A stretch of DNA of 61,126 nt from an uncultured Acidobacteriaceae bacterium (lineage in GTDB: Bacteria > Acidobacteriota > Terriglobia > Terriglobales > Acidobacteriaceae). The translations under genes and the position numbers were made by a program. The stretch spans positions 1 to 61,126 of the forward strand of contig CAXTGN010000001.1 of assembly GCA_964243455.1 (NCBI GenBank), written 5' to 3'. The notes below the pieces were generated by a model. It ran no database searches. It saw nothing but the letters and a program-made list of their open reading frames with translations, and was not told where the DNA came from. Shown piece by piece: positions 28,430 to 37,812 of this stretch; the stretch's first letter is position 1, and each line of letters starts with the position of its first letter.

Positions 28430-28696
28430 TTACCCCTCCCGTCGCAGCACGTAGCTGGTGCTGCCGCTGGTGCGTGACCCCCACAAGCCTTGCAGGAACC
28501 CAGCCGCGTCCAGCTCGCGGAACGTGGCGCCGCTGATGCCTGCGACCACCTGCCCGCCCTTCCGTCGTAGCCGGTAATGGAACTGCTCGCGGCCGGTCTT
28601 TCGATTGCGTTCCAGCCTGTAATTGAACCGACCCCCGCCGGCCAGCACGTCAAGGGCTTCTGCCGCACGGTTGGACAGCTTCGCCATGTTGCTCAT
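28430..28696 (-). CDS. Small basic hypothetical protein
   Basis: GAGG RBS; 88 aa; divergent from DUF932. Confidence 0.6.
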   Translation of the reverse strand: MSNMAKLSNRAAEALDVLAGGGRFNYRLERNRKTGREQFHYRLRRKGGQVVAGISGATFRELDAAGFLQGLWGSRTSGSTSYVLRREG

Positions 28697-28880
28697 CGAG
28701 GCGTTCCTCTCTGCCGGGGCATGGTCGCCCTCGGGTGAACGAGTTGTGGCATGTTGCATGATACAATACAACATAAATATAAGTGTTTTTTGGTGTTATT
28801 ATTGTTGTGTTCCATGGTGCATGTGTGTAGATTGCTTCTACCGAGGGCGCAGTGCCCCGGTGAGCGAGAAAGAGCCTCCA

Positions 28881-29753
28881 ATGTCCCATATTTCCTTCCG
28901 CCGCTTCGGGTCCACTGGCGCTGCCGGTCATAGCCCCCTCTCCGATGGCCAGCTCCGCAGCATGGCGCCGTCCGCCTTCGCCGCCGGCAAGCACGAAAGC
29001 CGGAGCGAGCGTTACACCTACATCCCGACCTCTGCCGTCATTGATGGCCTGCGCGCAAACGGCTTCGTCCCTACGTTCGCTAAGCAGGGCCGCTCGCGCA
29101 TCGCCGGCAAGGCGGACTACACCAAGCACCTGCTGCGCTTCCGCTACCAGGGCCAGGAAGGGGCCGCGCGCAAGGATGGCGACGTGTTCCCCGAAGTCGT
29201 GCTGATCAACTCGCACGATGGCACGAGCGCCTATCAGCTCATGGCCGGGACGTTCCGCATGGTCTGCCTCAACGGCCTAATCACCTCTGACGGCGACCTC
29301 GCCACCATCAAGGTGCCGCACAAGGGCGACGTAGTGGGCCAGGTCATCGAGGGCAGCTATACCGTCCTGGAAGAAAGCATCCGCGCTCTCGACCAGGTGG
29401 ATGCCTGGGCCGGCGTGTCCCTCTCCGGCGGGGAGCGTCTTGCGCTTGCGGAAGCCGCCCATGTGCTTCGCTTCGGCGACACCGAGGGAGGCGAGCCGGC
29501 CACCCCCATCAAGCCGCAGCAACTGCTTGCTGCGCGCCGCCACGCGGACACCGCGCCTGACCTTTGGACCACGGCGAATGTTTTGCAGGAGAACTCAATC
29601 CGTGGCGGTCTGACCGCTTGGGGGAGGGACGCCAACCACCGCCCGCGCCGTGTCACCACGCGGCCGGTGACTGGCATAGACCAAGACGTGAAGCTCAACC
29701 GGGCGCTGTGGCTCCTGGGGGAGCGCATGGCGGCCCTCAAGGGTGCCGCCTAG
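28881..29753 (+). CDS. DUF932 (YafZ-like) protein
   Basis: SRSERYTYIPT, KHLLRFR, LINSHDGTSAYQ, FRMVCLNG and LNRALW. Confidence 0.93.
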   Translation: MSHISFRRFGSTGAAGHSPLSDGQLRSMAPSAFAAGKHESRSERYTYIPTSAVIDGLRANGFVPTFAKQGRSRIAGKADYTKHLLRFRYQGQEGAARKDGDVFPEVVLINSHDGTSAYQLMAGTFRMVCLNGLITSDGDLATIKVPHKGDVVGQVIEGSYTVLEESIRALDQVDAWAGVSLSGGERLALAEAAHVLRFGDTEGGEPATPIKPQQLLAARRHADTAPDLWTTANVLQENSIRGGLTAWGRDANHRPRRVTTRPVTGIDQDVKLNRALWLLGERMAALKGAA

Positions 29754-29766
29754 CACGGCAGGGCAG

Positions 29767-29798
29767 GGGCGGGGAGCGATCCCCGCCCTTCCTCTTTT
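29767..29798 (+). terminator. Rho-independent terminator
   Basis: GGGCGGGGA-GCGA-TCCCCGCCC followed by TTCCTCTTTT. Confidence 0.65.
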
Positions 29799-29946
29799 GC
29801 GGCCTCGCGCTGCCGTTGCTCGGGAGATGGGCATGATCCCTTCGCACCATCCTGTTCCTGTCGCCTGGGGGGTCCTGCGTGCGGGCCTGGCCCATCCTGG
29901 CCTTGCTCGTTGCCGCGCGCCGCCTGGGCCGGCATGGTTCGCACCT

Positions 29947-30345
29947 ATGACGATGACGCCCACCCGGTTCCGCGAGTGCCTGGACGACATAGGATGGTCG
30001 TTGCGGAAGCTGGCGCGTCGGCTCCGCTGCGATGACGGCACGGTGCGGCAGTTCGGGTCGGGCCGGCGGCCGATCCCCGCCAACCTGGCCGCCTGGCTGG
30101 AGCACCTGGCTGCGGCACACCGCACGCTGCCGGCGGAGCTGCGCGAGGTGGCACGCGCGATGGAGTGCGACCAGGGCAAGTATGCTCGCAACCCGCGCGG
30201 GACACGCCCGATCACTGACGGGGAGGCGGCACTCCTTCAAGCCCTGGCTGGCGCACATGCGGCGGCACCGCTGCCGGCTGGATGGGCGGCGGGACGAATG
30301 GGGAGGGAGGCCACGGGGACAGGCCCGGTGTCCGGCAGCGCGTGA
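29947..30345 (+). CDS. XRE-like HTH protein
   Basis: MTPTRFRECLDDIGWSLRKLARRL...PIPANLAAWLE. Confidence 0.75.
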   Translation: MTMTPTRFRECLDDIGWSLRKLARRLRCDDGTVRQFGSGRRPIPANLAAWLEHLAAAHRTLPAELREVARAMECDQGKYARNPRGTRPITDGEAALLQALAGAHAAAPLPAGWAAGRMGREATGTGPVSGSA

Positions 30346-30513
30346 CCAGAACAACGCGCCGGTTCCCAGGAATTGAAAAACCACAACGCATAGATGTAAG
30401 TATATAATCACATTATTGTTGCTACATTTCATAGTTTAATTGTTGCGTTTATTAGGGTGGCCTGCTATACCTGATGGACCGCGGCGGCCCCGTCGCGGCA
30501 ACACCGGAGGGAT

Positions 30514-30723
30514 ATGCCCCCAATGCAGCAAACCTATGTCGTCTATTGGCGTGAGGCCAACCGTCAGCTTTTCGGCTTTCGGCAGAACGTCACCGCCATT
30601 TCGCCGCGCGCCGCACGCGAGCTGTTCCGGTCAAAGGGACGCCATAAACGCTTCGTCCTGGGCGTGAAGGGGCTTGCCCCTTGCGGGCGCCGCTGCTCGC
30701 ATCGGGGGCGCTGGCTGGGGTAG
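30514..30723 (+). CDS. Small basic hypothetical protein
   Basis: GGAGG RBS downstream of an AT-rich promoter; followed by a hairpin. Confidence 0.6.
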   Translation: MPPMQQTYVVYWREANRQLFGFRQNVTAISPRAARELFRSKGRHKRFVLGVKGLAPCGRRCSHRGRWLG

Positions 30724-30734
30724 CGCCGGGTTGG

Positions 30735-30763
30735 GCCGGGGCTGGCACCACGCCAGCCCCGGC
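30735..30763 (+). terminator. 12-bp perfect hairpin (likely terminator)
   Basis: GCCGGGGCTGGC-ACCAC-GCCAGCCCCGGC. Confidence 0.5.
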
Positions 30764-30822
30764 TTCGCATTGAGAAATAAATCGTTACAGTGCTTTACAA
30801 AGCGAAGTTGTAACAGGGACAG

Positions 30823-31089
30823 ATGCCCTTCTCGAATGTCCAATGGACCCTGTTCATGCCTCACAAAGCCAATGTGGCCGCGCAAGGGGAGGGTGCCTGG
30901 TGTCTGACCATTGAACCACAGCAGGACTTTGCAGGGTTCGGGTGGCACGTCGCCCATAGCACCGGCCGGGCCTCGCGGGGAGGCAGCGCTAGCAGCGTCA
31001 ACTTCGCCAAGGCTCAAGCGGAGATGGCTGCGACCGAGATGGAAGCGTCGGCCTCATCGGGCGTCAGGTCCGGCTCGGCTCCGGCGTGA
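30823..31089 (+). CDS. Small hypothetical protein
   Basis: AGGGA RBS; beta-strand-then-helix pattern. Confidence 0.55.
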   Translation: MPFSNVQWTLFMPHKANVAAQGEGAWCLTIEPQQDFAGFGWHVAHSTGRASRGGSASSVNFAKAQAEMAATEMEASASSGVRSGSAPA

Positions 31090-31240
31090 CATCAACCATT
31101 GGGTCAGGCCCTTGTTGTTTGTGGCAGGCGTCAGGCAACGCTCTTGGCTTGCGGCTCGTTGAGCCACCAAAGCCTGATGCAGCATCGCACCACGGCATGA
31201 TGATCGTCTGCTAGCTGCCCAGCTCGGCCGTAGCTCGCAT

Positions 31241-31585
31241 CTAGTCTGCCTCCTCAACAATCGGCTTGGCAGCAGCAGGCGCATCGAAACCCTGTGGTCG
31301 CAACCCAGCAGCCAGGCCGGCGAGTGCTGCGGCGGCAAGGAGTTCTGGTGAAGGCGATCCCACCTGCACGATCAGGTCCGTAAGGCGCATCCAGACTGCT
31401 AGTGCATCCGGCCGCTCCCCTTTGGCACGAATGGCGGAAGCCTCCTGGTTCAGCATGGCGCGGGCTTCCAGGTCCACCCCATCAACCCGGACATAGCGGC
31501 TGCGCCAGGCTGCCAGAATGTGGAGCGGCAAGGTGCCGACCTGCTGGCGCAAGGTGGCTGGCTCAGGACTGTCGGGACCGCTCAT
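31241..31585 (-). CDS. Hypothetical protein coupled to umuC
   Basis: GGAG RBS; co-oriented, downstream of umuC. Confidence 0.55.
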   Translation of the reverse strand: MSGPDSPEPATLRQQVGTLPLHILAAWRSRYVRVDGVDLEARAMLNQEASAIRAKGERPDALAVWMRLTDLIVQVGSPSPELLAAAALAGLAAGLRPQGFDAPAAAKPIVEEAD

Positions 31586-31631
31586 GGCAGCTCACTCCGC
31601 TTCTGGGTTGGGGGCGGGCAGGGGGTCAGCC

Positions 31632-32900
31632 TCACAGTGCCCGTGCCTGCATGATCTCGCCGGGGTGCGTGGTGTAGCGCTGGGTCAGCAGCCCGGCCCG
31701 CGTGCCCCAAGGCCGGGCGATGCCGGTGGCCAGCGGGCGCAAGGTGCCCCGGCCGTAGCGGGCGTTCACCCCGTCCATCGCGCGCATGAGGGCCGCCGAG
31801 TGCATGGGGTCGCGCGTGGGGAACAGGGTGCGTGGCTGGGCGGCCTTGTCGCGCAGATCGTCCAGCATGACGCCGACCTTCATGTAGCGGTGCCCATCCC
31901 GCCACAACGGCGCCAGCATCCGCACGGCCTCGCCAATCAGCGCCCGCGCGTCGTCGGTCGGCTCGATGCGCCCGGCGCGCTGCGCGCTGTACCAGGGGTC
32001 GCCGCCGTGCGGGTCGGTGTGCAGGAACACGGCCATGCAGCCGGCGACCAGGCCGCCCGCGCGCAGCTTCTCGCCGGCGCGTGACGCATGGTGGGCGCAA
32101 GCCTCGCGCATCTCGGCCCAGCGCGTGACCGGCCGGCCGAAGCACCTGGTCACGGCCAGGGCCTTGCGCGCAGGCACGGCCTCGGACAGCGTCAGGCAGG
32201 ACACGCCGGCCAGCTCCGCCTGCACGCGGGCGCCCACCACGGTCAGTAGGCTCCGCACCTCGCGCGGCGGCATGGCGACGAACCGGGCTATGGTGGTGAC
32301 GCCGAGTGCGCGCAGCTTGTCGGCGGTCCGGCCGCCGATACCCCACACCTCGTCCACGTTGGTGCGCTCGTAGAGCTGCGCCCGGTCCCGTTCGTCCCGG
32401 AGGTCGCACACGCCGTCCAGCGCCGGTTCGGCTTTGGCGATGGCGTTGGCCGTCTTGGCGATGGTCTTAGTGGGTCCGATGCCCACGCAAGTCGGGATTT
32501 TGGCGATGCGCCGGACGGCATCGCGAAGCTCGCGGGCGAGGTCCGCGGCGTCTTTCGGCGTGTCCATGTCCATGAACATCTCGTCGATGGAGTAGGGCTC
32601 CACGCGCGGCACCCTTGCAGCCAGCACCTGGTACATGCGCCGGCTCATGTCGCCGTACAAGGCATAGTTGGATGACAGCCACTCGACCTGGGCGGCGCGC
32701 ACCTCCGGCCGGCGCCGGGCCAGGTGCCAGGGGTCGCCCATCTTGATCCCGGCAGCCTTCGCCTCGCTGGTGCGGGCCACGGCGCATCCGTCGTTGTTGG
32801 ACAGCACCACCACGGCTCGGCCGCGAAGGCGAGGGGAGAACGCACGTTCGCAACTGCAATAGAACGAGTTGCCGTCGATCAGCCCGAAGGTGCGGGGCAT
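31632..32900 (-). CDS. umuC: Y-family DNA polymerase V subunit UmuC
   Basis: DGNSFYCSCER, VLSNNDGC, SSNYALYGDMS, YSIDE and a C-terminal DUF4113-like region. Confidence 0.95.
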   Translation of the reverse strand: MPRTFGLIDGNSFYCSCERAFSPRLRGRAVVVLSNNDGCAVARTSEAKAAGIKMGDPWHLARRRPEVRAAQVEWLSSNYALYGDMSRRMYQVLAARVPRVEPYSIDEMFMDMDTPKDAADLARELRDAVRRIAKIPTCVGIGPTKTIAKTANAIAKAEPALDGVCDLRDERDRAQLYERTNVDEVWGIGGRTADKLRALGVTTIARFVAMPPREVRSLLTVVGARVQAELAGVSCLTLSEAVPARKALAVTRCFGRPVTRWAEMREACAHHASRAGEKLRAGGLVAGCMAVFLHTDPHGGDPWYSAQRAGRIEPTDDARALIGEAVRMLAPLWRDGHRYMKVGVMLDDLRDKAAQPRTLFPTRDPMHSAALMRAMDGVNARYGRGTLRPLATGIARPWGTRAGLLTQRYTTHPGEIMQARAL

Positions 32901-32930
32901 GGCCGCGCGGTCCTGTCCAGCCCGGTCCGG

Positions 32931-33332
32931 TCAGACCTTGGGACGGACGAGCGCGGCGACCACGGCCCAAACCTCAGCACCGTCGCCGTCCAGCGCCACA
33001 AGGGGCTGATCGGCGCGTCCGGGCCTCATCCACCACTGGCCACCGCGCAACGCGAGCTGGGCAATCCACACCTCGCCATGCAGCATGACGATGGCGACGC
33101 GGCCGTGGGTGGGGGCGGTCGCGGTGTCAGCAATCAGCACGTCGCCCGGGTAGATGCCGCGGTCAACGAGGGCCTCGCCCAGCACGCGAACGGGGTAGCG
33201 ATGGGGGCGGCGCAGGTCGAGCATCGCGGCAAGGTCAATCGGCCCCTCCAAGGCGTCGGCGGCCGGCGAGACGAAGCCTGTGGTGTTGGACCCGTCATAG
33301 CCGGGGTCGCCATCGCCCTCGCCTGCAGCCAT
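32931..33332 (-). CDS. umuD: UmuD-like S24 protein lacking the catalytic dyad
   Basis: GFVSPAAD...IDL and GIYPGDVLIAD; GEAL replaces GDSM; no catalytic Lys. Confidence 0.8.
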   Translation of the reverse strand: MAAGEGDGDPGYDGSNTTGFVSPAADALEGPIDLAAMLDLRRPHRYPVRVLGEALVDRGIYPGDVLIADTATAPTHGRVAIVMLHGEVWIAQLALRGGQWWMRPGRADQPLVALDGDGAEVWAVVAALVRPKV

Positions 33333-33365
33333 GCCGCCCACCTCGAACAATGCCCGTTCGCAATG

Positions 33366-33380
33366 GAACATATAAAGAAC
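33366..33380 (-). promoter_or_regulatory. Alphaproteobacterial LexA box
   Basis: GAAC-ATATAAA-GAAC (GTTC-N7-GTTC on the minus strand), 33 nt upstream of umuD. Confidence 0.85.
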
Positions 33381-33713
33381 ACATGACGCAAGCTGGTCGG
33401 CGCTGTGGCACCGGGACCTCCTCGCCGCCGGCCTGCTCTGCGCCCATCAGCCAGCATGGCGCCACCATGCTGCAAGGACGTTCAGCACCTGTATGAGCGC
33501 ATTGACACCGATCAGCAGCGCTGCCGTGACAGTCGCCGCTCCGAGCAGCCGGCAGCCCCGTGTAGGGCTGACGTGCTACTGCGCGACGGCAGCCGGGCAT
33601 GACGGTGCAGCCTGGATGCGGAAGCACGCGCAGGTGTAGGCCGGCCGGCTGTTCTGCTTGAGTCGGCCCATGGCTGCCCCCTGCTGAAGGCGATATGGTA
33701 GTTGCCAAACCCA

Positions 33714-34022
33714 CTAGTCCGTAGTGTCTGGCCCGTTTCCGGCTAACCAGTCGGTTGCCCTTGCTGCCTTGAGCTTGTCAGACACCTGACCGATCACCGC
33801 GGAGTGTAGGTCCTCCGGGAGAACAAACCATGTCGGGTGCCCGTGAGAGACGGGGTTGCCGAGTGGGCGGTCAGGGTCACCGTTCCATCGAATGAGCATG
33901 GCGCGTTCTCTATCCCATATGCCAGTAGCCAGTGACCACCATTGAGCAACATGGACGATTACCAAACTTTTTGGATTGAGCCTTGTCTTTGGCGAAAGGA
34001 CAGTATGGGGTGGTCTAGCCAT
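33714..34022 (-). CDS. Conserved-looking hypothetical protein (RWNG..GNP.S.G.PTWF)
   Basis: Overlaps the upstream ORF by 8 nt; Trp/Gly-rich motif. Confidence 0.75.
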   Translation of the reverse strand: MARPPHTVLSPKTRLNPKSLVIVHVAQWWSLATGIWDRERAMLIRWNGDPDRPLGNPVSHGHPTWFVLPEDLHSAVIGQVSDKLKAARATDWLAGNGPDTTD

Positions 34023-34197
34023 CTTGAGCTACTTTCTTGTTAAGCCTTGCAGACACCTCGGAGGGCTTGACCTTTGCGACCATCTTCAACTTCTCGTCAA
34101 ACGCCGCCGGGTTTTCGTCGCAGCCAAGCTTGCGGGCGATTTCCATGAAGTGCGCCTGTTGCAACATCTTGTCGGGTCCAGACTTACGTACTGGCAT
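34015..34197 (-). CDS. Small hypothetical protein (ARKLGCDE..AFDEKL)
   Basis: 60 aa; GAGGGA RBS; 12 nt after the upstream stop. Confidence 0.7.
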   Translation of the reverse strand: MPVRKSGPDKMLQQAHFMEIARKLGCDENPAAFDEKLKMVAKVKPSEVSARLNKKVAQDG

Positions 34198-34209
34198 CAG
34201 CTTGTTCCC

Positions 34210-34929
34210 TCACTCAAACTCACTCCATACCTTCCGAGCCTCTTTGGGGAGTGTATGAAGGATAACTCTTCGCTCTTCCGTTGAGAATTTTCTCATATCA
34301 ACACGGTTACGAATTGCAAGAAGAAAATTGCTTGCCTCGCAACTTCTTCTTATTAACTCTATTTGAACCAAAGCAGCGCCAGGCTCATAGAAGATTTTCT
34401 CAAGTGCCGCTCTAGTCTCTAGATCGGTCACTCGTCGGCCATGCACACCAGCAGAGAGCTCATCATAAACGGTTTGTGCACGGTTGATTGCATCGAACCT
34501 TAGCTCTGTACGTTTAAAGTCTGGATGCATCTTGAGATACTTAAAGAGATCGTCTAGGCCCACATACCATTTCGATTCCGTGTTCATTATAGCGAACTCA
34601 ACGGGGTGGTCATAGAAATAAACATGCCGCATTGCATTCTCAAGGATGCCTCGGGCAAGCAGCTTTACTGTCTTGTTGTACCCCATCAAGACCTGGGGCA
34701 AGACCTGTAGTGCGTCTGACGCTATTTCTTCAACGAACGGTTTTGCCGACGCAGGCAAGCTGCTTAGCCGAAAACGCCATAGTATCAAACTGTATGTGAG
34801 AGCATGTATCCTCTTTGCCGTTTGTGCCATGTGTGGCGTTAGCGGCGCTGGGATCGCTATGGATTTTTCAAGATAGCCAATGACCTCAGCCAAGTCGTTG
34901 GCAACTATCGGTATTGCGCGTCTGCTCAT
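34210..34929 (-). CDS. All-helical protein with HEPN-like motifs
   Basis: ARGILENAMR...YFYDHPVE and YDELSAGVHG; low GC. Confidence 0.7.
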   Translation of the reverse strand: MSRRAIPIVANDLAEVIGYLEKSIAIPAPLTPHMAQTAKRIHALTYSLILWRFRLSSLPASAKPFVEEIASDALQVLPQVLMGYNKTVKLLARGILENAMRHVYFYDHPVEFAIMNTESKWYVGLDDLFKYLKMHPDFKRTELRFDAINRAQTVYDELSAGVHGRRVTDLETRAALEKIFYEPGAALVQIELIRRSCEASNFLLAIRNRVDMRKFSTEERRVILHTLPKEARKVWSEFE

Positions 34930-34935
34930 GCCAAG

Positions 34936-35481
34936 CTAAAGCGCCATATCCCGAATTATGCTCGCCCACTTAGATACAAAGCTACGAACTTCCTTGCCGA
35001 GTTCGGGCGAATGCGAAACAGCCTCGCGTACGGATGCTTCTAAGCTATCGCGTGCCTCGGGACTAAGGCTTTGAACTTGCTCAACAATTCTATGGGCGAT
35101 GTCTCCCCTGGACATTTTGTCGAAGCGGTGCTCTTTCATATTAGGGACAGCTCGCATTGCAAAATTGGCCAAATCCGAGTTTTTGGGGAACAAGTTCTTA
35201 TCTTTGAAGAGCTCAAATAAAGGCGCTTGCGCCTGCGGGGCGCTATGCACAGAAGGTGTTTTTTTTGTTTTTGCGATGCGAGGGTCAGGACCCTCAAACG
35301 CAATAGCGAGGTCAGACTGTTGCGCGAGATGTATACAAGCGGCCACTAGCGGTCCTAGAGCCGGATACTGGCGATCTGCAATAGTTTTAAACCATATCAA
35401 ATCATCAATACTATAACCAATGGGCAATTCGGCCGCTTTTCTCAGGAACTCAAGCCAGTCCTTATGAGTGCGCTCAACCAT
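34936..35481 (-). CDS. Hypothetical protein (putative ParA partner)
   Basis: 3 nt after the parA stop; LFKDKNLFPKNSDLANFA, KMSRGDI and terminal SFVSKWASII. Confidence 0.75.
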   Translation of the reverse strand: MVERTHKDWLEFLRKAAELPIGYSIDDLIWFKTIADRQYPALGPLVAACIHLAQQSDLAIAFEGPDPRIAKTKKTPSVHSAPQAQAPLFELFKDKNLFPKNSDLANFAMRAVPNMKEHRFDKMSRGDIAHRIVEQVQSLSPEARDSLEASVREAVSHSPELGKEVRSFVSKWASIIRDMAL

Positions 35482-35484
35482 TAA

Positions 35485-36354
35485 TCACTTCCCGACCCGC
35501 ACAATAAACTCTGCTGCAATCTTTTGGATTTGCCCAGCAGACTTGCCGTTCTTCTTATGCAGGAACACGGGAAGGTGCTTATCAACTGAGCCTGCAACAG
35601 CGGTGGCTTGGCTCAATTCAGCACTGAACACTTCGCCCGGCCAAGCCTTTCTGACCTCCGTCATAACGTCGCGCATTCGTTGCGGCACGGGACCTCTTAC
35701 CATTGTAAACACGAGGCCGACCCTGCTGATGGAACATCCCCTATCTTCGATAAATTCCTCTAACCAGCGCTCAAGCAGTGGCAGCCCTATTACAGAAAGG
35801 GGATCCGGCTTGATTGGAACTAAATACTTGTTACTTGCCAAAATAGCCGCTTGCGTGAAAATAGATATTGTAGGAGGGCAGTCAATGAAAACGAAATCGT
35901 AATGTGCTGCCTTTTGGCCTAGAAAATTTGTCAGCCTGTTTTCCGCTCCACGAGGAGAATTCTCAACTTCAATAAGCGTCAGATTTGACGGCAACAAATC
36001 AAGGCGGCCCTTCGTTGGAGTGTTCGATATAATTTGGCATGTGCATGAGGAGAGTTCGATGCCAGGACGTGAGGCTGGTTTCGATTTGCCTGTTACAGTC
36101 CTTATCGGTGCTACTCGCTTTGGATCGAAAATATCGTGAATGGTCCGCTTTTTTGAGTCATTTATATGCGATAGATAAACATCATCTTCCAATAGGCATT
36201 GAGTCGCATTAAATTGCGGATCGGCGTCAACAATAAGAACTTTCTTTCCGTGAAAGTACGCCAGGGCATAAGCCACATTCACCGCAAGCGTAGTCTTGCC
36301 AACACCTCCTTTCATGTTCATGAATGAAACCACCTGCATTCGAGCATCCCGCAT
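35485..36354 (-). CDS. ParA/Soj-family ATPase (low GC)
   Basis: NMKGGVGKTT, DADPQFNAT and IDCPP; alternative start 36339. Confidence 0.92.
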   Translation of the reverse strand: MRDARMQVVSFMNMKGGVGKTTLAVNVAYALAYFHGKKVLIVDADPQFNATQCLLEDDVYLSHINDSKKRTIHDIFDPKRVAPIRTVTGKSKPASRPGIELSSCTCQIISNTPTKGRLDLLPSNLTLIEVENSPRGAENRLTNFLGQKAAHYDFVFIDCPPTISIFTQAAILASNKYLVPIKPDPLSVIGLPLLERWLEEFIEDRGCSISRVGLVFTMVRGPVPQRMRDVMTEVRKAWPGEVFSAELSQATAVAGSVDKHLPVFLHKKNGKSAGQIQKIAAEFIVRVGK

Positions 36355-36884
36355 ACCTGGAGACGAGCATAGACCATCCCCGGGCTAGAGCCAAGCAGAG
36401 ACCGCGGCGCTAAGCCATTGATCTCGGTTTGATTTTCAGCAACGTTGCCGCGGAGCCGCGGTCGCCCCGCGGGGACGGATGATCTGGGTTAGCCTTTATG
36501 TCGAGTGAGCAGGTCGGTAGGTCATTACGCATTCCGTAACGCTTTGGTGACAGAGGAGGGGCATGGTTGGAACTTCGGTGGATACAGCCCCTCGGAGAGG
36601 CTGTTCTTATCGCCCAATCCATCACGCCCGTAACACCAACAGCCCTGCACGATGCCAGACGGCAGGGTCAGCTCTCTGCTAAGATCGTGTGCCCCCGTTC
36701 AGTCTGGTCGGAGGCATACCGAAAGGGGTGCTGAACATCCACCCTCAAACATGAGCATCTACGGGTACTGGCGGGCAGGCTGTGAGCCATGCGACAACCG
36801 GGTGGTTTCCGCATGGCCGTCTGCTACGCTCCGGCGCACGTCCGCACGGAACCTCTGCGGGCGCGGCATCAGGGGATCGGGCGC

Positions 36885-37103
36885 ATGGATGATGAAGCAG
36901 ATGCCGGCCGCGCCGGAGTGCAGCTCGTCCATGCGAGCTGGGCGGCGGCCTTAGAGGCGTTGACCAGCCTGGACGCGGCGATGGGCCGACTGCCAGGCGC
37001 CGGGGACCGGTCCGATGCAGTGTCGCGGCTGGTGGCCGACTTCCGCAGCGCCGTGAGCGCCGAGCTGCGGGAGCTTGCTGCCGAACGGAGGGCCGCCGGT
37101 TGA
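36885..37103 (+). CDS. Small helical hypothetical protein
   Basis: GGGGA RBS; TTGA overlap with the resolvase. Confidence 0.45.
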   Translation: MDDEADAGRAGVQLVHASWAAALEALTSLDAAMGRLPGAGDRSDAVSRLVADFRSAVSAELRELAAERRAAG

Positions 37104-37753
37104 ACGCCCATGCACCGAAGGCGCTGCGGGCGGCGATCTATCTCCGGGTCAGCACTGGTGAGCAATCGGTTGAAGCGCAGCGCCAGGACCTGCAAGCCGC
37201 CGCGGCGCAACGCGGGTGGCAAATCGTCGCCACCTACGCCGACGAAGGCATCAGCGGCAGCAAGGGGCGGGACAAACGGCCAGGCCTGGACGCCATGCTG
37301 AAGAATGCCATGCGCGGCCGGTTCGACGTGGCGATGTGCTGGGCGGTGGACCGCATGGGCCGATCCGTGGCCGACCTGGTGGGCACGCTTCAAGAACTGC
37401 ACGGGGCCAAGGTTGACTTGTTCCTGCATCAGCAGGCGATAGACACCACCACGCCCGCCGGCCGGGCTATGTTCGGGATGCTGGGCGTGTTCGCGGAGTT
37501 TGAGCGCAGCATGATCGTGGCCCGGGTCAAGGCGGGCATGGAGCGGGCCAAGGCAACGCCGCGGGCGGGTGCCAAAGCCATTGGGCGGCCCAAGGTGGCG
37601 GCCGGCGTGGAAGCCGCCATAGCCGCGCACCTGGACGCCGGCACAGGCAAGGCCAAGGTGGCGCGGCTGCTGGGCGTGGGCGGCAGCACAGTGCAGCGCG
37701 TGGCCCGCGCCCGTGCTGCTGCGCTGCCGGCAGACCAGCCCATACGAGCATGA
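37100..37753 (+). CDS. Serine recombinase (resolvase)
   Basis: YLRVST, DEGISG, RPGL, DRMGRS, FAEFER and C-terminal HTH. Confidence 0.95.
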   Translation: MNAHAPKALRAAIYLRVSTGEQSVEAQRQDLQAAAAQRGWQIVATYADEGISGSKGRDKRPGLDAMLKNAMRGRFDVAMCWAVDRMGRSVADLVGTLQELHGAKVDLFLHQQAIDTTTPAGRAMFGMLGVFAEFERSMIVARVKAGMERAKATPRAGAKAIGRPKVAAGVEAAIAAHLDAGTGKAKVARLLGVGGSTVQRVARARAAALPADQPIRA

Positions 37754-37812
37754 GGCTCTGCCAACCATAAATCGGCCGCAGCGATCACTATATCCAATGA
37801 GGAGTTCTATAG

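Noticed and set aside
35485-36354. RepA of a repABC cassette or an ordinary partition ParA
   Set aside because: It lacks the RepA N-terminal extension, has no ParB neighbour, is far from repC and has alien GC content.
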